Source of the DNA: Phoronis australis
Lineage: Eukaryota; Animalia; Phoronida
DNA: 64,000 nucleotides
Assembly (NCBI GenBank): GCA_002633005.1
Contig: NMRA01000129.1
Location: forward strand, 372,628 to 436,627
Direction: 5' to 3'
Below are positions 53,473 through 64,000 of this stretch, in pieces. The translations under genes and the position numbers were made by a program. Every line of letters starts with the position of its first letter. Positions within the stretch are counted from its first letter, which is position 1. Under the pieces are notes generated by a model that had not been told where the DNA came from, searched no databases, and saw nothing but the letters and a program-made list of their open reading frames with translations.

Positions 53473-55093
53473 CTACCAAGAAAACGTGTGAGCGCCTACA
53501 TGTGTGGAAGTTGAAGGCCAAATGTCGTCGATGAGTCAGAGATTACACTGCACGCTCTTTTTACCTAAGTTATGTTCGCCGTTTCACAAGTAGACTTTCA
53601 AACGTAAATTCAGCTCACAAAAACGTTAACGGTCAGGAATTTGGCTGCCACATGTAAATCTGCAGAAATAAAAACATTCGTCTCCAGCACATCTTCAAAG
53701 AAGCGATAAGAAAACAATTCTATTAATTAATATGTTATTTTACGGTGAAATTAACGAAGACCACTGACTCTTTGAAGGATAAAGAGCCGAATTTCTTTGA
53801 TGTGTTTACAGAGCTTTTATGAAATCCGCTTTTGTTTTTGGACTTCCGTAACATACCGGTGACATTGAAGTCCCGGCTGTTTCGTTTCTGCTCCCTGGAA
53901 ATTCATACGACCTGATCCAACACAGGTTCCACATTTTTAATCGTTTTTGCAGCCGGTTATTGTTGAACGGGATAGATTGATGAAGTCATTAACTTTGATC
54001 ACAGCTATAAACATCAAAATCCATTCCGTGTTTGTGATTTCATTGCAAGTCGCCAACTATCACCGTTCTCTGCCAGGCATTAGTTAAAATCAAGGATGGT
54101 GTCTTAAGCATTTTAAGAAATACCTTTAACACGCTGTGCTGGGGATTTTGGCTCAGTTACTATTACAATCTGAAAATTACTTCTCTCGCCGAGAATGTCT
54201 TTTTAAAGCGCCAGTATAGAAACGGCACATTTTTAAATTCTGGAGATTTGATTGTTGCAAATACGTCGACTGTTCGCACCGTCTAAATCAAACCTCTTAA
54301 CATACAGTTTTAAAATTTCTTGTAACGATACACGTTTCTAAACTGAATGTACATGGTCATGGTCCACTTAAAGATTGCTTGAATATGTATTTCTGCCATG
54401 TGCTTCTTCAGACTGATATCAGCCTTTTCTTTGAATCAATTAATGGACTCGTGTAAAGTTATATGGCATCATCGATAAGATACTCTACATTGTGAAGCAC
54501 ATATAAGATACTTAATGATATAATATGGCATATGTTGAATTGCGGAGTTATGTTATTTTCTTTTGGCGTCGACTCAAAGACTTCATGTTTTCACCCGACC
54601 GTGGACTCATACCAAGTTTTCAGTTTCACATACTCATCACTGAAACTCATTGTTCTTATGATTGAAAACTATTTAATTACCTCATTATCAGCGTGTAACT
54701 GTTTAACGGGTGATGGGTTTCCATGGATAAATGCAAGGTACAGTACTCGACAGTCTTCACTTTGTCGTTTACCTGACGACGTTTTGAAAATGAGGAAACT
54801 GCAGCATATCGGTGAAAGACGATAAAGGGTCGGTTCAGGCAAAGTCCTTTACGTTACTTTCTAGGATTGCTTTTATTTAGGGAAAGTTATTTTTGTAGTA
54901 AGAAGGCGGGAAGTTTTTCAATGATATGAAAAATCAAGCATGAATTTTTTATTGTGTTCTCTGCCTTACTGGTAATTTTTAGATCAAGCCGACGCTAATA
55001 CCAACTACTCGTTGTCCGTGCACAGTATTGGGCAGTTTATTCGCGGAAGGGGAATAACAATTCATAAAATTAGAATTATCCTAAATTGATGGG

Positions 55094-55235
55094 ATTGTTA
55101 TTATTATTATTATTATTATTGTTGTTGTTATTATTGTTATTATTATTGCTATTATCATTATTATTGTTGTTATTATTATTGTTATTATTATTGTTATTAT
55201 TATTATCACCATTATTATTATTATTAATATCATCA

Positions 55236-55272
<37 letters not shown>

Positions 55273-55428
55273 CATTATTATTATTATTATTACTATTATC
55301 ATTATTATTATTTTTATCATTATTATTGTTGTTATTATTATTGTTGTTATTATCATTATTTTTACTATTACTATTACTATTATTATTATGATTGTTATTA
55401 TTGTTATTATTATGACTATTGTTATTAT
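55094..55428. repeat. Imperfect (TTA)n microsatellite
   Basis: About 110 tta/ttg/tca triplets. Confidence 0.98.
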
Positions 55429-56042
55429 GTCAACCTGTCCATTCAGTGATTCAGTGATAAATGCGAGCTGTTCACTGGTGAAACAAGCTGTCGCCAGCGC
55501 CAGAGGTCGCACAGTTCAATTTCCCCTTTAGCTTCCTACCGTGTTACATTCACACTCTCTGCTCGTTTGACATGCGATCACTGTTTGTTTCACTGCTTAT
55601 TTCTCTTCCACCACGCTCTCAAATTATAGCTACCATTTAAACTTTGTTTGTAACTCTATTGCCAATTTGCTGTACAATTGCACTCAGGAAGATAGGAAAT
55701 TGTACAGAGAGTTTGAACAAGTGTACATTAAGCTGTCTAACAGAAAGTAAACAGTCGTGTTTTCAATCAAGTTTGAAGTGTGCGGTATAAATGAATGCAA
55801 GTGTATAATGAAATATTTCCATGAACTGAATGACGTTTTTTCTCGGATAATTTTCTTGTGTGCGTATTTGTTGATTGCCCGATCTTGACACATTTTGCCG
55901 TCTGAGAACATACGTCTGTCCCTGCCTCTGTCTTTGCCCACTTTCCTGTGCTTCCGTCCCTGCCTGCTTTCCTCGCTCACCCTATAGCTTTTTCCGCACC
56001 CTACTCGATCCTCTTCCATACCTTCCCTCTCTGTAATCCCTC

Positions 56043-56223
56043 CAGTGGTGTAGTAGTAAAATTAGAGGTAAGTTGGCGCCGAAAGCCCACCGTATCACCT
56101 TAAGCACTGAACGTAACTTAACCTACGGTGCGTAGGCGCTATGTTCAAATGCCAAAAGGTGGTTGGCTGCGCCTACGTGCGCCTACGTGCGCCTACGTTC
56201 GCCTACGCCGCACTACAGCACTG
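56043..56223. mobile_element. hAT-type MITE, copy 2, with 8-bp TSD
   Basis: TIR CAGTGGTGTAGT...ACTACAGCACTG; TSD AATCCCTC at 56035-56042 and 56224-56231; internal gcgcctacgt repeats. Confidence 0.9.
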
Positions 56224-59200
56224 AATCCCTCTTTCCTCCCCCGGCATGGTCGATTGATAATTGGTTAAACAATAAATAACGAGCGCCGTTCTCTTTTGCA
56301 GGCTGCCAATACATACTTCGTCTGCCAACGAGGTAGAAAAGATAACAAACTGACGCGAACGCCAGCAAGACATTTCTGCTACTAACACGCAGCAGTTACT
56401 GACTCAGTGTTGAAACTGATTTGCCAAGAAACACCGATTAAGAAATTGTTTACGATCTACAACCATTTGGATAACATTTACGGTCACCACACGGAAGTTA
56501 TAAAAGGAATACGGATAATATCCTCATTAGTTCAACTTAGAAGCCATAGCCTTAAATCAGTTCGTGGAATCTAATCCACTGGATTATAACACATTTCTCC
56601 GAAATATTGGATTTTCAGTTGTCTGTTACCAGGAGCGCTTATATTGGAGTAATTTTCAAAGGATAGCACTCTAATTTTCACGCTATATGTGCTGACTAAA
56701 GATGAATGGAGCATATTGTATTGTGAATTAACTAGTACTGTTCATTAAAATTTGCGCAACTCCGTCTAACAAAATGCAAGTTGTGTACCTTGGGTCGTCC
56801 CCTGCCACACAGAGGCGTCAATATGGGTCTCCGAGGCTGATGCGGCCCACTATTTGGGGAGGAAGTTTAGCCCAGAGCACAAGGCCTGGCTCAGCTCTGC
56901 TTCAGGGGCAGAGATCGATCGATTCTCACACCTCGTGCACGGCGCAGACATCAAGTTCTCAAAAACTTACGGAGACAGTATTAAAAGACTCGATTCCAGC
57001 CCTTCCAAAATCTGTTGCCATATTGTGTCTACTGCTAAATATCATCAGCCCAGGATTCGGTGAGTATGGTCGAGAAGTAGATTAGAAATATTCAAGCTTA
57101 GGAAAACCGCCGCAAGGTCAAACATTTTTCCCTTGTACTAAATTTGATTGCGGGAATGTACTATCTTAAGAGACAACTACTTAGGCTGCCGAAACAAGAA
57201 TAGAAATTTATGGCAAAAATATTTAACCATGATCCCAGTTAACTTAATTAGAAGCCTCAAACACAAACAGAGAAATAGCGTTAGGATACATTGACTGTTC
57301 TTACATTTCTGAAGATTTCAACGGGCGAATTTTATTGAGTGAAATATTTTGCTCGTTTTTTTGATGAATGGCGCCTCGCAAAAGAGAGCGGCGCACCTGA
57401 ATCTACTAGTGAGGCAGATGGTTCATTCATTCAATCTTCTTCGCATTCATGTGAAGTTAAAAACATGATTCAAAATGGTGAGTATTGAGAACAACTCACG
57501 GAAAAATGGCTTTCTTGCAAGCAATAAGAAGAGCGTACCATTGAAAAGTTAGTGAATTAAAAATCACCAAAACTGACAAATCAGTAAAATGGCTAAGAGG
57601 GAATCAAACACTGACTGAATTTATAATTATTTTGCCAATTCATTGCCTCAGGTCTTCTCCGAGCGCAGGAAAACCAATTGGGTACAAGTAAAAACATGGT
57701 TTACATTTAAGGCTACCGTAGATCCGCCTGGTGTAAAAGTTGGCCTCAGGTTATTCAATACTCAAATTAGGGCGGGTTTCTGGCCAGGAGAACAACTAAC
57801 AGGTTGTTAACGCTTGAGACCAAGCTCAACACGTTGTCCTGACATGTGGGTTATTTTATGCACCGAGTAATGGCATGTTAAAAAATCGCTTCTCACCTGA
57901 GTAAGCAATACACAAGGGCTGTATTCCGTACCTGCGAGAAAACGTAAGATCCTGCAAGTAGTATAAATTTTCAAAAGGTGTGGTTTGGTTAGGAAAAATG
58001 GAAAACAAAAGCACTTTAGATAACGACACTTCGCGAAATTAAATGAAAAAAGAAGATGGTGTAAGTGATGACGTTGAGGATGATTGATGATAACAAAAAT
58101 GATTATCAGAACCACAGACTTGTATAATACCGTGAAAAGTTGATTGAAGAATAAGTAAGTACAACAGTAGTCATCGAATCAGAAAATCACGAATATGTCG
58201 AAAACAGTAAGTCGTAGCAAGAAACGGATAACTTGCTACATTTGCCATTTGACGGGATCTATCTACCTATTGAATTCCCTCAATGGACTGCGGAGCTAGT
58301 CCTTCACAAGAGTATTTGACAAATGGCCTTCACGGTGCCATCTTGCTTCTGATTTCGCCCAAGAATCTTAGCCCTCGAATTTTTCACGATATGCATGTTT
58401 TATGTAAATTGTTTTGTAAAAAAATTCAATCTGCAGTGTGCGCATGAAAACAAAAATTATCAAGCTAGTAAATATCGAATAACTTGAGAAAGGTGAGTTG
58501 TAATGAAAGACGAAGGGTATCGGCATATAGCACTTGAAGAGATACATCCCCACATACCAAAATTCAAAAAGGTCATCCAAAGAACAGCGGAGTCGCCGTA
58601 GCATCATCTTGCGTCTGATTCCAACCACTGACATATATTGTACTGCGCGTGAATTTCATGTCAATCAGATGAGAAATGCGACCTGCAGAGTAGAAACAAT
58701 GACCAATTTATCGATTTTCAAATTTCGTCATTTTTGCACACGAAACTCAATTCTCTCAAATCTGAATGAGTGTGGGAAAACTTATTGGTGTTCATTTGGT
58801 AGAGAATTTCATGCAATTCGTCGACCTCTTATTATAGTATTGGTTCAATCCATTTATGAGTCACCTCCAAGCAAATTGGCGCCATCTTGAATGTAGGTTT
58901 CACGTGAAACTCAAGAAATGTGCACAATGTTCACGAAATCAAAACACATCCAATCTAGATGTCATTGCAAAGATACTGCGACCTCTGGGCTGGGTTGTAT
59001 GAAACTTCAAAATTATCCGCTGGATAAGCTTGATTGTTGTGTGACGTCAGGTGCATTGTTCAATAATAACAACGTGGCGCGTGATAATGCGACGTCATTG
59101 TTGCTATGCGGCGTATAACTTTTTATACAACTGGGCCCTGATGAAGATGTTTTGGGAAAATTTGGTTTACCTCGATGAAAAAGTAACAGTATTCACAATC

Positions 59201-62200
59201 TTGAAACAGAAGCGGTTTACACTTCAGTTGTACATTAGTTGCTTTATATTCCTATTGATTTTGGTGAAAAATGCGGGTTTTAGAAGCGCTCAAATGTGAT
59301 TCTGAGATAGCCCCGCTACGCCCACCTTGTGAGATTTAATCATGAGGAAAAACACTAGGCTTCAATTTTTTACAAGATATGAATTGTGTGTAAATTTCAA
59401 AAATGCGACATGCAGCAAAAAACGTCACGACAGTAAGTAATGAAAATGAGTGACTAGTAGATATGTTAAGTCTTTTAGACCGTAAAATATAAAATGTAGC
59501 TAAATGTGTCGGAAATGTGAAAATAGACGTCATGCATGCACTCAATTTGACCTTGGTTAAATTATTCTACAACAGCTATAACATAAACAGCTCACTGTTG
59601 CAAAAAGGCGAATAAAACATATGTCACCCTAGGGTCAGACAAATAATTAAGTATTGGAAGACCCATTTGATACGCATATTACTAAATCCATAGAGCGTAC
59701 ACAGGCGCAGACAGATTCAACCAAGTAATAAAAATGATTAGTTTTCAAGTCATCGTAGATGACATGTAGATGACATGTACACTATCGGTTTATGAAGGAA
59801 AAGGCATATCCGTAACCATAATTGCTTTCCATTATGTAAACGAATTTTCTATTTATCATTTGTTTGTGATACTGTAATTTAGCAGTTCAATAGTCTACTG
59901 AAATTATCAAAAGGCCTATTGATATGTGTTCACTTAATATTCTCCTCTCTTCTGTCTTGTTCTTGAGGTTCTTCGTCTTCTTCACATTTTTCTTTTTCAC
60001 AGAGAACGGTAAATCAGTTGGCAGGCTCCAGTCTGTTGATGACCGGATGTAGCCCATTGTAGTGTCCAATGGGAATGTCCATGCGGGCAATCGTTCTCCT
60101 GTTAGAAAGCCAGATATCTTGTCGTATGATTTTAAAAAGTAATCGCTCCGGAGGCTGCGGAAATAGTATACCCAATGTGTTCTGGATGTTCCAGATATCT
60201 CGAGCCACCCGGAACACCTTTGATATCTTCGTGACCTTAAATCGCCCCTCGGGAGTGCTCATGGGCGAACTTCAATATTACAGCAAGTCATGTGACTCAA
60301 AATAGATGCCGAAGTGATAACGGATTTAACATTCCATCAGGATACAGACAAAGGATCTAGAGTGGCAGTCGCGTACAATTTGTGAGTCCTCCTAGGTTGG
60401 AGGCATGATATTAGACGTCTTCAAAATTCCTTTGGTGGCGCTCAACAGTTTTTGCTGAGGGTTTGAAACCAAGTTATGTCAATTCCAGCAGTCTGTTTCA
60501 CGGGGTATACAAAACTAAATATGAACAATATAATAAAGCAAAGCCCTTTCTCAAAGTCTATTGAAGCTGATTCCAAAGATAAATTTTCCATCTTTTACGA
60601 CTACCGGAAGTATAGCCGGCTACTTAAAAAAAACGAGTAAAAATACACTAAATCAGCAAATTTCACCCAAAAGCCACCATTTGCATGCGATTACTACCAA
60701 CTGAAAGACAGTGCATTCAGACTGACAAAGCCTTCCACATTACAGATATCAGGTGAAAAGTGGGTATAAGCCAGTCAGATTTTTTACAAATCCAAAGTGT
60801 CTGAAGGTTAATATCTGAATGTCATGCTAAATTTTAATTTCCCCCTTGCAAGGAGAAAAGATGCCACGACTGAGCAAAAAGTGAGTCAAGGAATTAGCAG
60901 CTAGCAATATTTCACTCAGAACAAACTCAAAAACCAAGCAAATGCCTTTCGTAGCCTTCACATGCAGCACAATACTTAAAATGCACAGTCAACGCAGCAG
61001 GGGCCAATTTTTAATATTGGCCAGTGCAAATTCAACCAAGCCTAAAAAAACAATTAAATGACATCTTTGCTGTTATGATTGAAGTTCGAGCATGCGCAGA
61101 TATGAAACACCTGCGAGGAATCATTTGAGACCAAAAATACCCAATGCGTTCCGGATGATCTCGAACCCGATCTCCAAAGTTCGTGTGAAGTCCTACATTA
61201 AGTCAATCTTTCTTGCCAATGCCGTGTTATATGGAATTTAGCGATGATGCGAACCTAATGCATTTCCAACATTCGCCAAACGTCGCGAATGCGACGAAGG
61301 CAAGTTTACCCAATGACATCTGGTTCGAGCAGCAGGTACTCACTTGCGGATGGATACAAGTTTTTCGAAAAAGATGAATGAGTGCGGATTTAAAAATTAC
61401 TTCGGTAAACAAAAAAGACTGACGTGTGAACAAATTGGCAACAGATGACGCTTAACCTTATTAGAAATCAATGAAGATATCCAAAACCACTGACAACTGC
61501 CAAATGTTACTCAGACTGGAAGTTTCAACCAGATAATTGTTAATTGTGTGCAAATTCAATTACGATAGTCAACTCAAATTTCAAACTCCAAAGCAACCTC
61601 ATGGTTAAAGCCTTTTATGTTTTGTTTGTTTGTTCGTTTGTATTTGCTCATTCTGTTGCAAATTTTGGTCCTTGAATATGAAAAGCCTAATTTTTTATAC
61701 TCGAATTGCATTTGCTAATAATTCTTAATAAATACATAAAATAATGACAACAAGAATAATGACAGATTGACTGCCTGATCAATTGAAATGTGTAGGCATA
61801 GATTATAGTCTATGGTGTAGGTGACTTAAAAGTGTATCACTCCTATGAACATTTAGACAGGCTTTTGGGTGAGATTTTATGAAAGAAGTGCACAAAGCCT
61901 TCAGCAGTGAAACAACAGCAACACCAAAAACGCAAAAAGAACAACAACAAAAACAAATAAATATACAGTTTTCCTCACGTCGACCGCCTGTACAAAGATA
62001 TTATGTCTGGCTTCTACAAAATGGATAATATGAAATCAAAGCGCACACCATATAACTCAAAGACAAGCAAAAACAACATCAACAGCAAGCAATAACAACT
62101 ATGGTGAATGAAGAACAAGCAAACATTTTATCTGTCAACGATAGAATTAGCAAGGGTGGAAACAATTCCATGTCCGTGCTTCTGAATTCCAGTTTCGATC

Positions 62201-62261
62201 CCCTAAAACTCAGAGTAGGGCCAGCAAACACCCAACCCGCAATACAAATTGAATACTCTTG

Positions 62262-62340
62262 CACCCACACTCTTGCTCCACGCGCACACACGCACACTCT
62301 CACACGCTCACACATGCGTGCGCACGCACACGTACGCGAA
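62262..62340. repeat. Degenerate (CA/CG)n tract
   Basis: cgcgcacacacgcacactctcacacgctcacacatgcgtgcgcacgcacacg. Confidence 0.75.
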
Positions 62341-62414
62341 ACAGTCCATACCCGTTGACCAACCTCCGTATCCGGACCAAAGATTCGAGACTGAAGTTTG
62401 TTTTTGCTGGGAGT

Positions 62415-62518
62415 AATGGTCTGATATAACGTGACCGAATTTTGAGAACCAGTTTTCTCCACTGAATAACGGGCATCAAACTGGTTCTCAAAATACGGGC
62501 ACGTTATATCAGACTATT
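62415..62518. repeat. Hairpin / mini-MITE with ~40-bp arms
   Basis: gtctgatataacgtgaccgaattttgagaaccagttt versus aaactggttctcaaaatacgggcacgttatatcagac. Confidence 0.85.
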
Positions 62519-63452
62519 GCCGACTTATCTGATACATCTGCACTATATTATGAGACAAAATATCTTTAATCTTCATGATCGTTTTGTTTTTGAAACACCA
62601 TTTCAACCATTCGTAACATTTTCTCGACAAAGAACTCACTTCAGGGCAGCAGTAACAATACATAGAGATTAGTTACTGCGCGCAGGAAACTAAACTATTT
62701 ATTCGACATTCATTCGACATCGGATATCTTCACATTGTGACGCCAAATTGTGACTTAGACGTTTGGTAATTATTTAATATAAGCATGCCATTATACTACT
62801 TAGCAACAAAATGTGACATTTAGAAAGAACTTGAGTCGCGCATTTAAGCGAAATAATCGTAATGTCAAAGTCGAGCTATCCATTAGGTTTCCTTGACAAC
62901 TAAATTAGGTTTCCTTGACACCTCAGGGAAACGGTTATCTCTCCGACACGTTCCTAACTTACGCGGAATAATATCAAGGTTAAGAACACTTTCGAAAAAA
63001 TAGATAAACAATAGGCGACTCAATATTCTCCAGGCGGTGCTAATGAATAGCCTGTGTTTTTGACCTGTGAATAGATTGAGAGCAGAAAGCAATACAGTCG
63101 GCATGGGGACGTTCGTGTGACAAGGGATCCACGTGATCGCATGCGTTGCGTTCCGTAGACTCGCGAGAAAGGTTAGTGTGATCACGTGATTAGCTTGTAA
63201 TGCTTGGCAATATCTCACGAGGAATTGCGTGATCAAGCGTTTTCATGAGTTCTGTCATCCACGGGAAGCAGCTCTGAATGCAGCCATACGCGTCTGGTAG
63301 GATGCCACTTGCTTCATTTGCAACTAGCGGGCCCGGAAATTTCGAGTTCACCACTGCAGTATGAACCAGGATACGAAAAGGCTATTGAACTTGAGTGCAA
63401 CATTCTTGTTTATATATGTCTTCAGTTTAATTTTACATATAACTTAACTTCC

Positions 63453-63645
63453 AACAGCTTATTATTTAAAATGACATAGGCAAGATATTGAATTTTGGAC
63501 CTCAAAAGCGGAACCCCTATATAAATATAGGTGGCCTCGACTGAAGGTGGTTAAAGAGAGAGGCTCTCCATACTAAAGTTGAGGTCCCACTTTTGAGGCC
63601 CTAAATTCGATTTCTTGCCTATGTCATTTTAAATAATAAGCTGTT
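63453..63645. mobile_element. MITE with ~60-bp TIRs and 4-bp TSD TTCC
   Basis: aacagcttattatttaaaatgacataggcaaga versus tcttgcctatgtcattttaaataataagctgtt; ttcc at 63449-52 and 63646-49. Confidence 0.85.
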
Positions 63646-63728
63646 TTCCCTGCTGATGGGGTATATTGCTTTGTTCACTTAGGCTGGTCTGTCTGTTCGT
63701 CCGTCTGTAGAACTGTTGGTCACGCATA

Positions 63729-63881
63729 CAATGGCGGATTTAGAGGGGGCCAAGGGGGTCATGGCCCCCCTAAAATTCTACCAAATTTGTTGGCAGTAGG
63801 GGATTGCGAATGTCTGACTGGCAAAATCCTGGCTAATACTCTGCCCTGGCCCCCCAACTCAAAATCCTGGATCCGCCCCTG
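63729..63881. mobile_element. hAT-like MITE
   Basis: caatggcggatttag...ctggatccgcccctg with G/C-run interior; gcata on both flanks. Confidence 0.7.
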
Positions 63882-64000
63882 GCATATATGTAGCTCATCG
63901 GTAGCCATTGGGTTAAAGGTGCTATTCTGTCCCCAAACATGATAGGAACGTGTCTTGTGCTTTTGACGCTATCGTTTGTTCGGGGCATTAAGCTAGAGAT

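Noticed and set aside
55081-55512. Poly-Ile and poly-Leu ORFs
   Set aside because: Artefacts of the (TTA)n microsatellite.
56161-56212. gcgcctacgt short repeats, and the 38.6-39.1 kb array, as CRISPR-like
   Set aside because: No unique spacers, no cas genes, eukaryotic context; these are MITE subterminal repeats and a satellite.
56774-57085. ORFs with an ICCH motif suggesting an insulin-like peptide
   Set aside because: The remaining cysteine pattern, signal peptide and splice context are missing.

Overview
AT-rich, intron-containing animal (invertebrate-type) genomic DNA that is mostly repeats; I cannot assign the species. Three main items. (1) Part of a CDKL5-like kinase gene on + with recognisable exons at 1280-1469, ~1761-1820 and 8642-~8808, plus candidate exons at 10500-10572 and 12978-13271. 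Several lesions (missing acceptor, duplicated and mutated donor, in-frame stops) suggest a decaying unprocessed pseudogene. (2) A young BEL/Pao LTR retrotransposon on - (3092-8594) inside one of its introns, with ~99% identical LTRs and a GACAG target-site duplication. Its single open polyprotein encodes Gag, protease and integrase, but the reverse transcriptase and most of RNase H are removed by an in-frame deletion, and there is no canonical tRNA primer-binding site. (3) An intact 5-exon gene on - (26459-23144) for a secreted PAN/apple + fibrinogen-domain (FReD) protein, with a wrecked paralogous segment about 19-20 kb away. The rest contains two degenerate L1/Tx1-type LINEs, an L2/CR1-group 3' fragment, several MITEs, a probable tRNA-derived SINE, satellites and microsatellites, and a small template-switch inverted duplication. 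Family assignments come from remembered motifs; no searches were run.
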